Source: Dysgonomonas sp. (GTDB taxonomy: Bacteria > Bacteroidota > Bacteroidia > Bacteroidales > Dysgonomonadaceae). From it: 42,656 bases of DNA. Below the pieces are notes generated by a model. The model was not told the DNA's origin and ran no database searches. It saw only the letters and a list, made by a program, of their open reading frames with translations. A program made the translations under genes and the position numbers. This document shows, piece after piece, positions 28,868 through 38,933 of the stretch; within the stretch, counting starts at the first letter, position 1, and each line of letters begins with the position of its first letter. The DNA lies in contig JASLEN010000081.1 in the NCBI GenBank assembly GCA_030151105.1, forward strand, positions 1 to 42,656, written 5' to 3'.

Positions 28868-30733
28868 ATGGAATATAGAAAAGATATACAAGGTCTAAGA
28901 GCCATTGCTGTTTTATTTGTTTGGTTATTTCATCTAAATTCGAACATATTACCTGGTGGTTTTATTGGGGTTGATATCTTCTTTGTGGTGTCAGGGTTTC
29001 TCATTACATCCATAGTTTTGAATCAAAAAGAAAATAATAAATTTTCTTTTTCGAAATTCTATTTTAGTAGAATAAGAAGGATTGTTCCAGCATATTATAT
29101 TTTTCTACTTGCTATATCTTGTTTAACCATATACTTATATATTCCAGTTGATGTATCGGAATATACAAGAAGGTTGTTCCACTCTATAATGTTCAATAGT
29201 AATAATTATTTTGCAAGTTTAGACAATTATTTTGGTGCATCAAGCAGTGAAAATCCACTTCTTCATACATGGACATTAGCCATTGAAATGCAGTTTTATT
29301 TTGTTTTGCCCTTTGTTATTATTCTTTTAAACAAAAAGAAAAGCTTTATTTTCAGCATAATTTTATTCATTTCTTTACTTACCTATGGGCAGTATCAAAT
29401 ATCAATAGGAAATGATAACTTGATGTATTTCTCTTTACTAGCTCGTTCTCCTGAATTTCTTATTGGTGTGATATTAAGTTTGATGTTGAGCCTTTATAAA
29501 AACAAGATTACTTTAGATAAAAAGACTCAATCTGTGTTAGGATTTCTAGGATCTATAATTCTAGTAGTCAGTGCAGTTCTAATCAATGAAAATTCAACGT
29601 TTCCTGGACTACTTGCTATAATTCCTTGCTTAGGAGCTATTCTAATCCTTTGGAATAAGGATGGTATAATCAATAAGTGGTTGTCAAATAAGGCATTGGT
29701 GTATTTTGGAGAGTTATCTTACTCTATATACTTATGGCATTGGGGCTTTTTAGCTTTGATGAGATATCATACAATGAATTACACTCTAACTATGTCGCAG
29801 TATCTGATTGTGATTACATTGACTCTGATTTGTTCTGTATTGTCTTATTACCTTATTGAAAACACATTCCGAAGGTTAAAAATAAAATCGTTTGTATTGA
29901 AGTTCTCAATTATTCCTATCTTTCTTGTCCTCGGTATTGCTGTTACTCGCTTTTATTATATACCCTCTCAATCGAAGAACTATCCAGAATATTTAACAAC
30001 CCCTAAGCCTTTTGGATTGGATAATTATGGTAAATACACAAAAGATATTATCCAAGGTGAAATCGCATCTAGAGACACATTACTATTAATCGGCAATAGC
30101 TTTGGATTAGTAATGAAGCCATTTGTAGAGCATGTAGGTAAAGAGTATAATTTTTGCTTTAGAAGTGTAACAAATACATCCTATCCACCAATTCCTGGTA
30201 TATCAGACTCTGTATTCTCCAATCAGGGAGAAATACAGAAATACAATATGTTATGTGACACAGTTCTTTCAAAAGCTGTGAACTCAAAAGTTATTCTGAT
30301 TTCGACAACCTTTCACAATAAAAAGTTGACTGATCAATATACATCAGCTTTGAAAACCTTATTATCTTCTTTAAGGTCTGATCAACACATCATTCTTCTA
30401 AGTGGATTCCCTATTTTAGCAGACTGTGAACATTCTGAGATAAATAAAGATTTACTTAGAATAACAAAGAGTGTTTATCTGCCAACAGCTGAAGTGAAAA
30501 AGATGGATTACTCCTTTTGTCAACCATCCAATGATCTGTTGAGTTTAATTGAAATGAATGACAATATTCATTATTTGGACTTATCAGACTCATCAGCCTT
30601 TAAAAATGCTCCTTTCTACAATGATACCATAATGTATTATGATAGATTTCATATCAACTACTATGGAGCTATTAAATATGCTGAACATTCGGGAGATAAA
30701 CTAGGGAAACTAATTAATGAGATAAGACGTTGA
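28868..30733 (+). CDS. O-acyltransferase (acyltransferase_3 plus C-terminal SGNH domain, OafA-like)
   Basis: R.DIQGLRAIAV, GGFIGVDIFFVVSGFLIT, HTWTLAIE.QFY and SYSIYLWHW; SGNH part with GNS and D..H. Confidence 0.92.
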   Translation: MEYRKDIQGLRAIAVLFVWLFHLNSNILPGGFIGVDIFFVVSGFLITSIVLNQKENNKFSFSKFYFSRIRRIVPAYYIFLLAISCLTIYLYIPVDVSEYTRRLFHSIMFNSNNYFASLDNYFGASSSENPLLHTWTLAIEMQFYFVLPFVIILLNKKKSFIFSIILFISLLTYGQYQISIGNDNLMYFSLLARSPEFLIGVILSLMLSLYKNKITLDKKTQSVLGFLGSIILVVSAVLINENSTFPGLLAIIPCLGAILILWNKDGIINKWLSNKALVYFGELSYSIYLWHWGFLALMRYHTMNYTLTMSQYLIVITLTLICSVLSYYLIENTFRRLKIKSFVLKFSIIPIFLVLGIAVTRFYYIPSQSKNYPEYLTTPKPFGLDNYGKYTKDIIQGEIASRDTLLLIGNSFGLVMKPFVEHVGKEYNFCFRSVTNTSYPPIPGISDSVFSNQGEIQKYNMLCDTVLSKAVNSKVILISTTFHNKKLTDQYTSALKTLLSSLRSDQHIILLSGFPILADCEHSEINKDLLRITKSVYLPTAEVKKMDYSFCQPSNDLLSLIEMNDNIHYLDLSDSSAFKNAPFYNDTIMYYDRFHINYYGAIKYAEHSGDKLGKLINEIRR

Positions 30734-30810
30734 TTTTTGGAAAGAGATTCTCTCTTATTAAGGATAAATCTATTTATTTCTGTAAGTGTTATATCTAAAA
30801 GAATAAACGG

Positions 30811-32997
30811 ATGAAGAATAAAAGAATTTTGAGGCTTTGCACTATCTATGTACTACTCTTGTTCCCAATGCATCTATTTCCAACCATACCAAACGGGACG
30901 AATGTATTTGATATCATATTAGAGAGAATTCAAGATGATATATTTGAACAATCTACAACATACGATTATTCTAATAACATAGCTTCAATTCTATCTATTT
31001 ACGATTCACAAAAAGGTATATTTAAGGATATTAACTATCAAAAGTTTTATAAAGAAGAAAACCTTCCAATGAAACATCTTGAACGTTTATATGAAATGTC
31101 CATAGCATATACCTACAAATCAAAGAATAACCCTTATTACAAGGACAAAAACATATTGAGAGGAGTTCTATCAGGCTTAGAATTTTGGTCTGAAAGTGAT
31201 TTTAATTGCTGGAACTGGTGGTATAATGAAATTAAAGAGCCGCAAGTTATAGGGCTAACCTTAATAGTCTTAAGAAAAGGGCAAGAGCGATTGGATAAGA
31301 ATATTGAAGACAAGCTTCTACTCCGAATTGCAGAAAAAGGAGGAACCCCTAGTAGATATACAGGAGCAAATAAAACAGATATAGCACTTCATTGGCTCTA
31401 CAGAGCATGCTTAAAAGAAAACAAAGCTCTGCTAAAAGATGCGGTATATCACGCATATGAAACTATTAAGTTTGCACCATTTCGAGAAGGCTTACAACCT
31501 GATTACTCCTTTTTTCAGCACAATACGCAGTTCTATGTTGGCGGTTATGGCGAAGAATTTTTAAGAGGCATTCTTCAATTTGCTTATTATACAAATAAAA
31601 CCGACTATGCACTTGACAGTACGAGATTAGACATAATTGTCAACTTTGCCTTGCATTCATACTTCAATTTGATAAGAGGACAGTATTTCTTTATGAATGC
31701 CATTGGCAGAAGTATGAGCAGAGAAGATGCATCTTTAGCAAAAAGGTCTACTAGGTATGCTAACTATTTAATAAAAATAGATCCGCATCTCGGTAACAAA
31801 AAAGTATATAAAAACATAATAAGTAGATTAGAAAATAAAAACTCTGCGGATAAAAATATAAAGAATAAAAATATAACTTATTATATAGGAGATTATGTGG
31901 CTCACATACGCTCCAAATATTCTGTAGGTATTAGAACCGTCTCACTACGCACAATGAGAAGTGAGCATGGCAATAGAGAAAATACTAAAACATACTTTTT
32001 ATCTGATGGTTCAATGCACGTTTCTCTACAAGGAGATGAATATTATAATATATTCCCAATCTGGGATTGGAGCAGAATACCAGGAGTCACAAACCCACAT
32101 TATGAGTTTAAGGATATTCCCGAAACAAAATCAGGGATAACAAGAGGAACTCAAAAGTTAGTTGGTGGAGCATCAGATAGCCTATATTCAGTAAATACTT
32201 ATTATTTAAACGACCATTATAAAGGGATTAACACATCTGCTTATAAGTCATGGTTTTTCTTTGATGATGAAGTCATTTGCCTAGGATCAGATATTTCGTC
32301 ATCATCTGAGCTACCCATAAATACGACAGTAAATCAATCATGGTTGGATGGAGATGTGACAGCCTGTGCAGTGAATGATAAATTCAGCACACTTCCTGAG
32401 GGAATTCATTCTTTTAATAAAAATCTAAAGTGGGTATTACATAATGATATTGGATATGTGTTTCCGAGTGGGGGAAAACTTATGTTGAAAAATATAGAGG
32501 AAAGAGGCAGTTGGAAGAAGCTCAATACAACTCAATCCAATAGAGAAATTGTAGGGAAGGTTTTTACTCTGTGGTTTGATCATGGAATAAAACCTTTAAA
32601 CCAAAAGTATGCATATATTATAGTCCCTAATATTACTAACACTAGTGAAATGCTAAAGTATGATGTAAATAACATTAACATTGTTTCTAATACAGACTCT
32701 TTACAAGCAGTGTATCATACGAAACTGGATATTTTAGAATGTGTATTCCTAAAGCCTGGTATCTTAAAGAACAATTATATTGAATTAAGCTCTGATAAAC
32801 CAGTTACTTTAATTATAAAGGGGTTTAATACAGACGAAATCTCTATTCATATAGCAGATCCGACTCAATCAAAAAGTATAATTACTTTAGAGATATCTTT
32901 AAATAGAACCAGAGCCATACATAAAAGGAAAATTTTTGCAGACTTTAGAGATGCACTTCTTGCAGGTAAAACAAAAAAATATACAATCATTAATTAG
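30811..32997 (+). CDS. Polysaccharide lyase family 8 (chondroitin AC/hyaluronate lyase-like)
   Basis: NWWYNEI..P, TGANK.D, GLQPDYSFFQH, GGYG, GRSMSR, WDWSRIPGVT, KSWFFFDDE..CLG and LWFDHG. Confidence 0.92.
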   Translation: MKNKRILRLCTIYVLLLFPMHLFPTIPNGTNVFDIILERIQDDIFEQSTTYDYSNNIASILSIYDSQKGIFKDINYQKFYKEENLPMKHLERLYEMSIAYTYKSKNNPYYKDKNILRGVLSGLEFWSESDFNCWNWWYNEIKEPQVIGLTLIVLRKGQERLDKNIEDKLLLRIAEKGGTPSRYTGANKTDIALHWLYRACLKENKALLKDAVYHAYETIKFAPFREGLQPDYSFFQHNTQFYVGGYGEEFLRGILQFAYYTNKTDYALDSTRLDIIVNFALHSYFNLIRGQYFFMNAIGRSMSREDASLAKRSTRYANYLIKIDPHLGNKKVYKNIISRLENKNSADKNIKNKNITYYIGDYVAHIRSKYSVGIRTVSLRTMRSEHGNRENTKTYFLSDGSMHVSLQGDEYYNIFPIWDWSRIPGVTNPHYEFKDIPETKSGITRGTQKLVGGASDSLYSVNTYYLNDHYKGINTSAYKSWFFFDDEVICLGSDISSSSELPINTTVNQSWLDGDVTACAVNDKFSTLPEGIHSFNKNLKWVLHNDIGYVFPSGGKLMLKNIEERGSWKKLNTTQSNREIVGKVFTLWFDHGIKPLNQKYAYIIVPNITNTSEMLKYDVNNINIVSNTDSLQAVYHTKLDILECVFLKPGILKNNYIELSSDKPVTLIIKGFNTDEISIHIADPTQSKSIITLEISLNRTRAIHKRKIFADFRDALLAGKTKKYTIIN

Positions 32998-33098
32998 CCC
33001 TTCTGATTACAAGATTATTGTTAGAGTAATCTGAATATAATAATTAAAGACAAAGAGACTTTATTTCTAGAAGATTGGGGCTAATAGCAATTTATAAC

Positions 33099-33106
33099 TA
33101 TTTTTG
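33099..33106 (+). promoter_or_regulatory. Internal Bacteroidetes -7 promoter element upstream of wzz
   Basis: TATTTTTG(CA) in the 240-nt gap before wzz. Confidence 0.55.
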
Positions 33107-33125
33107 CATATCTTGTAAGAAGGAT

Positions 33126-33151
33126 TTTTAGATTTTTATAAAAATCTAAAA
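33126..33151. repeat. Perfect 26-bp palindrome
   Basis: TTTTAGATTTTTATAAAAATCTAAAA is its own reverse complement. Confidence 0.75.
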
Positions 33152-33239
33152 TAAAAATGAGTTATTGAACTAGAGTTTATTTGTGAAAAATACAACTTTT
33201 GTAGAGTTTGTAAATTAGCTCTTTGTCAAAATAAGTTAG

Positions 33240-34280
33240 ATGATAGAAAAAAACAAAGAATTGAAAACCGATTTACTTGGAATAGTTAAGAGACTATTAG
33301 ATAAAAAAAAGTTTATACTTAAAGCAACTCTAATTGGAATTATTGTTGGATGTATAATCGCTTTTAGCATTCCTAAAGAATACTCTACTACTGTGGTTTT
33401 TAAGACCAGTTCTAAAAGTACTGCTTCTGGAAATATGGGTGCTTTAGCCTCTCTTGCAGGAATAAATTTAAATTCAATGCAAGAATCTGATGCTTTGACT
33501 CCAGAACTATATCCAGATGTTATAAAATCGACTCCATTTGTTCAAGAGTTATTTAGCCTAAATGTTGTAGATTCTGAACAGGGAATTGACACTATACTTT
33601 TTACTTATTATGAGAGTAAACAAAGTAAAGCCTGGTGGACTTATATATTAGATTTACCTTCAAAATTTAGTGAGGAAGTAGCTGAGGAGAACGGAAGAAG
33701 GAGGAATAGTTATGTCTCAAAGAAAGAAAAAGATGTTATTGAATCTATAACTAACTCCTATTCTATAAGTACGGACAAAAAAACGGGACTAACAACATTG
33801 AAAGTTACTTCTCAGAGCCCAATAATATCTGCTTTTTTAGCAGATACATTAATTACATCTTTACAAAGATATATTATTGATCAAAGAACAAAGAAGGCCA
33901 AAACTGATTTGCTCAATAGTGAAAACCTTTATATAAAAGCACAAGCTGACTATTATAAATCTCAGAATAGTCTCGCCGAATTTGTAGATGCGAATAAGAA
34001 TGTAATATCTGCAAAGTATAAGATTAAACAAGAAAAAATTCAGAATGAAACGAATCTCGCTTATACAATATATAATCAAATGGCACAACAAGTACAAATG
34101 AATAGGCTAAGAGTGCAAGATGATACACCCATCTTTATTATTATACAACCAGCTGTGGAGGCTTTGTTTCCCGAAAGTCCAAAGAAAAAAGTAATAGTTC
34201 TTTCTATGCTATTTCTTGCTATTACATTTAGTTCTAGTTGGATTTTAAAAAAGGAAATTTGGTCGTTCATAAACAAATAA
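33240..34280 (+). CDS. wzz: Wzz-type chain-length determinant / polysaccharide co-polymerase
   Basis: N- and C-terminal TM segments, IPKEY, LASLAGINL, PELYPDV..STPF, a coiled coil and a Pro-rich TP.F.IIQPA…P motif. Confidence 0.88.
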   Translation: MIEKNKELKTDLLGIVKRLLDKKKFILKATLIGIIVGCIIAFSIPKEYSTTVVFKTSSKSTASGNMGALASLAGINLNSMQESDALTPELYPDVIKSTPFVQELFSLNVVDSEQGIDTILFTYYESKQSKAWWTYILDLPSKFSEEVAEENGRRRNSYVSKKEKDVIESITNSYSISTDKKTGLTTLKVTSQSPIISAFLADTLITSLQRYIIDQRTKKAKTDLLNSENLYIKAQADYYKSQNSLAEFVDANKNVISAKYKIKQEKIQNETNLAYTIYNQMAQQVQMNRLRVQDDTPIFIIIQPAVEALFPESPKKKVIVLSMLFLAITFSSSWILKKEIWSFINK

Positions 34281-34288
34281 AATAACCA

Positions 34289-35425
34289 ATGACATACCTT
34301 ATCACAGGCGGAGCTGGCTTTATAGGCTCAAACTTTGTAAAACATATGCTTAAAGCATATCCAACTTCAAAATTTGTTGTTCTTGATGCACTTACCTATG
34401 CTGGTAATCTTGGGACATTAAAAGAGGAACTCAACAATCCCAACCTCACTTTTGTAAAAGGAGATATTTGTGATAAAGAAGCTACTGAAAGAATATTCGA
34501 GGAACATCAAATTCAATATGTAATAAATTTTGCTGCTGAGAGCCATGTGGACAGAAGTATCGAAAATCCTCAATTATTTTTAGAAGTAAATATTCTAGGT
34601 ACTCAAAACCTATTAAACACTGCTAAAAAGTTTTGGACTACAGGAACAGATGAAAATAACTACCCAATCTGGAAAAAGGATGTTAAGTTCCTACAAGTAT
34701 CTACTGACGAAGTTTACGGTTCATTAGGGGAAGATGGCTTTTTTACAGAAAAGACACCTCTAGACCCTCGTTCTCCATATAGTTCTTCTAAAACAGGAGG
34801 AGATCTTATAGTGAATGCTTATGCTGAAACGTATAAGATGCCGATAAATATAACAAGATGTTCAAATAACTATGGGCCATACCATTTCCCTGAGAAACTA
34901 ATTCCGTTAATTATTAAAAATATACTTGAGGGTAAAAAACTTCCTGTATATGGAGATGGAAAAAATGTTCGTGATTGGTTATATGTAGAAGATCACTGTA
35001 GAGCTATTGATATTGTGCTACACAAAGGAAGATTGGGAGAAGTCTATAATGTAGGAGGACATAATGAGAAGACAAATATTGATATTGTAAAACTAGTCAT
35101 TGAGACTATACACAATATTATGGACAAGGAACCTGAATATAGAAAGGTCTTGAAAAAATCTAATAAATCCGAAGATGGATCTATCGATATTAGTTGGATT
35201 AATGATGATTTGATTACATTCGTTACAGATCGTCAGGGACATGACTTTAGATATGCAATTGATCCTAAAAAAATCTCAAAAGAGCTAGGTTGGTTGCCCG
35301 AAACAATGTTTGACAAAGGAATTGTAAAAACAATCTATTGGTACCTTGATAATCAAGAATGGGTAGAAGAAGTTACTTCTGGCGATTATATGAAGTATTA
35401 CGAACAAATGTATGGCAATAGATAA
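34289..35425 (+). CDS. rfbB: dTDP-glucose 4,6-dehydratase
   Basis: TGGAGFIG, DALTYAGN, AAESHVDRSI, STDEVYG, PYSSSK, CSNNYGP and RDWLYVEDH. Confidence 0.97.
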   Translation: MTYLITGGAGFIGSNFVKHMLKAYPTSKFVVLDALTYAGNLGTLKEELNNPNLTFVKGDICDKEATERIFEEHQIQYVINFAAESHVDRSIENPQLFLEVNILGTQNLLNTAKKFWTTGTDENNYPIWKKDVKFLQVSTDEVYGSLGEDGFFTEKTPLDPRSPYSSSKTGGDLIVNAYAETYKMPINITRCSNNYGPYHFPEKLIPLIIKNILEGKKLPVYGDGKNVRDWLYVEDHCRAIDIVLHKGRLGEVYNVGGHNEKTNIDIVKLVIETIHNIMDKEPEYRKVLKKSNKSEDGSIDISWINDDLITFVTDRQGHDFRYAIDPKKISKELGWLPETMFDKGIVKTIYWYLDNQEWVEEVTSGDYMKYYEQMYGNR

Positions 35426-35480
35426 ATAAGTTATTAGCTTTACAAAATCATAAATATTTATTTAAATAATTAAATATATA

Positions 35481-36347
35481 ATGAAAGGAATAATTCTAGC
35501 AGGAGGAAGTGCGACAAGACTCTATCCACTATCAAAAGCAATATCAAAGCAAATAATGCCTGTATATGATAAGCCGATGATTTACTATCCGCTATCAACA
35601 CTAATGCTTGCTGAAATAAGAGAAGTACTTATTATTTCTACACCTAGAGATCTACCAATGTTCAAAGAACTTTTAGGAGATGGATCTGCCTTAGGAATGA
35701 AATTTGAATATATTATTCAAGAAAAGCCAAATGGTTTGGCTCAAGCTTTTATATTGGGAGAAAAGTTTCTTGATGGCGATTCAGCTTGTCTAATCTTAGG
35801 AGACAATATGTTTTATGGACAAGGGTTTTCAAAGATGCTGAGAGAAGCAAAATCAACACAAGAGGGAGCATGTGTTTTTGGCTACTATGTAAGAGATCCT
35901 AGAGCTTATGGTGTTGTTGAGTTTGATGACAATAATAATGTGATTTCATTAGAAGAAAAACCCAATAAACCAAAGTCAAATTATGCGGTTCCTGGATTGT
36001 ATTTCTATGATTCCTCTGTGGTCAAAAGAGCTAAAGAATTAAAACCTTCAATGAGAGGCGAATATGAGATTACAGACTTAAATAAGACTTACCTAACAGA
36101 AAATAAGCTAAAAGTTGTTCAATTTGGACGAGGATTTGCTTGGTTGGATACTGGAAATGCAGATAGTTTATTAGAAGCTGGAAACTTTGTAGAAACGATT
36201 CAGAAACGTCAAGGATTTTATATTTCATGTATTGAAGAAATAGCTTGGAGAAATAAATGGATATCTGATCAACAACTCGAAAAGCTAGGACTAGAATTGG
36301 ATAAAACAGCTTATGGACAATACATATTAAATTTGTTAGAAAAATGA
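35481..36347 (+). CDS. rfbA: Glucose-1-phosphate thymidylyltransferase
   Basis: [39 protein letters not shown] and AWLDTG. Confidence 0.97.
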   Translation: MKGIILAGGSATRLYPLSKAISKQIMPVYDKPMIYYPLSTLMLAEIREVLIISTPRDLPMFKELLGDGSALGMKFEYIIQEKPNGLAQAFILGEKFLDGDSACLILGDNMFYGQGFSKMLREAKSTQEGACVFGYYVRDPRAYGVVEFDDNNNVISLEEKPNKPKSNYAVPGLYFYDSSVVKRAKELKPSMRGEYEITDLNKTYLTENKLKVVQFGRGFAWLDTGNADSLLEAGNFVETIQKRQGFYISCIEEIAWRNKWISDQQLEKLGLELDKTAYGQYILNLLEK

Positions 36348-36898
36348 AATTTACAGAATTAGAAATAAAAGGTATTTGGCTCATTGAACCCAAAATATTC
36401 ACTGATCAAAGAGGATATTTCATGGAGTCGTTCAAGAAAGACCTATTCGAACAACATATTGGTAAAGTAGGTTTCATTCAAGATAACGAATCAAAATCGA
36501 CAAAAGGCGTGCTTCGTGGACTTCATTTTCAGAAAGGGGAATTCTCTCAAGCCAAATTAGTTCGTGCTCTTAGAGGTAAAGTATTAGATGTGGTAGTAGA
36601 TATCAGAAAGAACTCTCCTACTTTCGGAAAATATGTCGCAGTAGAATTGACTGAAGACAATAAACGACAGTTATATATGCCACGTAATATGGCACATGGA
36701 TTTGTAGTACTTAGCGATGAAGCCACTTTCTCATACAAAGTTGATAATATATATTCTCCACAACATGAAGCAACTCTAGCTTGGAATGATCCAAGTATTA
36801 ATGTAGATTGGATATTAGAAGAGGGTGAATTGATTTTGTCTGATAAGGATCAGTTAGGTGTTTCTTTAGAAGAAATTATGAAAAACAAAATTTATTGA
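36344..36898 (+). CDS. rfbC: dTDP-4-dehydrorhamnose 3,5-epimerase
   Basis: [40 protein letters not shown] and LSDKD. Confidence 0.97.
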   Translation: MKFTELEIKGIWLIEPKIFTDQRGYFMESFKKDLFEQHIGKVGFIQDNESKSTKGVLRGLHFQKGEFSQAKLVRALRGKVLDVVVDIRKNSPTFGKYVAVELTEDNKRQLYMPRNMAHGFVVLSDEATFSYKVDNIYSPQHEATLAWNDPSINVDWILEEGELILSDKDQLGVSLEEIMKNKIY

Positions 36899-36906
36899 GT
36901 TTATAC

Positions 36907-38040
36907 ATGACAAAAAGAATAGGAATTATAACATTCTGGTGGACGCAACATAACTATGGACAGATGTTGCAAGTATATGCACTACAAAAATATCTTGAGA
37001 CAAAAGGATATGACCCCTTTATTATAAGATATATTGGTCCTGTCATTAGTGCTGATAAGAAAGCTTCCTTGTTTGATAAATTAAATATCAGCAATATTAG
37101 CAATTTTCTAACTCGCAAGTTTAACAGAGAGAAACTTATAAAGAATGAAAATAGAGATTTTGATACATTTAGAAATAAGTATTTACAACTGAGTGATACT
37201 ATTTATCTAACAGAAGATGAAATTAACAGAAATCCACCAATAGCAGACGTATATATTTGTGGTAGTGACCAAATATGGAACGATAGTTTTGGGAGGTCTT
37301 TAGCTCCTTACCTATTGTCATTCGGAGATCCTAGCACAACAAGAATAGCTTATGCCGCTAGCTTTGGAAAAAATATTTTTTCAGAGGAAATCCTAGAACT
37401 ATTTAAAAAACACTTTCTTAAATTTGATGCAATTAGCGTAAGAGAGGAAGATGGGACTATTATTTGCAAGCAAGCAGAATATAATGATGCATTATGGGTA
37501 CCTGATCCAACTCTGCTTCTAAATAGGACAGAATGGTTAAATTTAGCTTCAAAAGCAGATACAGAAAAATACAAATTAGATAAGAGACTATATACATTTA
37601 TTTACACACTAGGAAATAGCAATATTACTGATAGAAAGAAATTTTTGTCTCACTTCAAACCAAGTTCGGTTCATATTTCTTCTAATACTGATTTATCAGG
37701 AAACATATATCCTACGGTTGAAGAATGGGTTTCATTGATGGAAGGCTCAAATTTTGTATTAACAAACTCGTTCCATGGAATGGTCTTCAGTATAATATTA
37801 CAAAAGAATTTTATTATCCTACCTAATACAGGAAAGCAAGTAGGGATGAATAGTCGGATAACATCTTTTCTTAAAAAATGTGGATTAGAAGACCACCTAA
37901 TGGAATCTTATGATATTACTAAAGTAAAAAGCTTACAAAATAAAAATATAAACTGGACTCAAGTCCACTCTATGTTAGATATTTGGATAAAAGATGGGGA
38001 GTATTTCTTATTGAGTAATATCAATGATGAGCAAAAATAA
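36907..38040 (+). CDS. Polysaccharide pyruvyl transferase family protein
   Basis: NYG..LQ.YALQ, GSDQIWN, YAASFG, ISVRE, DPTLL and TNSFHG..FS. Confidence 0.88.
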   Translation: MTKRIGIITFWWTQHNYGQMLQVYALQKYLETKGYDPFIIRYIGPVISADKKASLFDKLNISNISNFLTRKFNREKLIKNENRDFDTFRNKYLQLSDTIYLTEDEINRNPPIADVYICGSDQIWNDSFGRSLAPYLLSFGDPSTTRIAYAASFGKNIFSEEILELFKKHFLKFDAISVREEDGTIICKQAEYNDALWVPDPTLLLNRTEWLNLASKADTEKYKLDKRLYTFIYTLGNSNITDRKKFLSHFKPSSVHISSNTDLSGNIYPTVEEWVSLMEGSNFVLTNSFHGMVFSIILQKNFIILPNTGKQVGMNSRITSFLKKCGLEDHLMESYDITKVKSLQNKNINWTQVHSMLDIWIKDGEYFLLSNINDEQK

Positions 38041-38929
38041 TGATATAGGGATAAGCATTATTATCCCTGTTTATAATAGAGAGAAATATCTAAAACAGGC
38101 AATAGATAGTGTGATTGCTCAGAACTATCAGGGAGAGTTAGAGATACTTATTTCAGATGATGGCTCAACAGACTCTTCTTTAGATATAGCTCGATCATAT
38201 AATGATGCCCGAATTTTTATTCTAGAAAAAGATAAAAAAGACAAATCGCAAGGAGCTGCAGCGTCACGTAATAGAGCCCTTAATATAGCATCCAAGCCTT
38301 TTATCTGCTTCTTAGATTCTGATGACTATCAGAAAGGAGATTTTCTAAATTCGATGACTAACATTTTATTAAAAAACGAAAAAATTGGATATGTATTTTG
38401 CAGAACAGAGGAGTTAATAGAAGATGACAATGAGAATAAAATTATTCCATGGACAAAAAAAAGGGTATTAAAATTAGATACTAGATATCTAGGATTAACA
38501 GGGTCTAAAGTAATTAATACGAATTGTTTTTTATTTCGAAAAGAAGTCTTTGAAAAAGTTGGTGTTTTTAATGAAAACTATACAAATGCTGAAGATGCTG
38601 ATCTCTGGATTAGAATAGGAGAGCAATTTAGAGGAGAATTTCTTGACTATACTGGCGTTGTTAGAAGGACTCATAATAGTGGACAACTGACTAATAATAA
38701 TAATTCAATTAAAAATGCTTGTACGGTAACTGTTGCAGAGGAAGCTATCAAAAGAAACTCAACAAATAGCAAAGATAAATATAGAATGTATAGATTAAAA
38801 AATATTATTTTGTCTAATCAAGGGTCTCTAACTAAGACCGAATTAGTCCTCAAGAGAGCCTTTATAATAATAAGATACCCTATTTCATTTATAAAGCACT
38901 TATATCTAATATCTAGCTATAAAATATAA
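38024..38929 (+). CDS. Glycosyltransferase family 2
   Basis: SIIIPVYN, DDGSTD, G…SRN, FLDSDD and EDADLW.R. Confidence 0.93.
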   Translation: MMSKNNDIGISIIIPVYNREKYLKQAIDSVIAQNYQGELEILISDDGSTDSSLDIARSYNDARIFILEKDKKDKSQGAAASRNRALNIASKPFICFLDSDDYQKGDFLNSMTNILLKNEKIGYVFCRTEELIEDDNENKIIPWTKKRVLKLDTRYLGLTGSKVINTNCFLFRKEVFEKVGVFNENYTNAEDADLWIRIGEQFRGEFLDYTGVVRRTHNSGQLTNNNNSIKNACTVTVAEEAIKRNSTNSKDKYRMYRLKNIILSNQGSLTKTELVLKRAFIIIRYPISFIKHLYLISSYKI

Positions 38930-38933
38930 CAAC

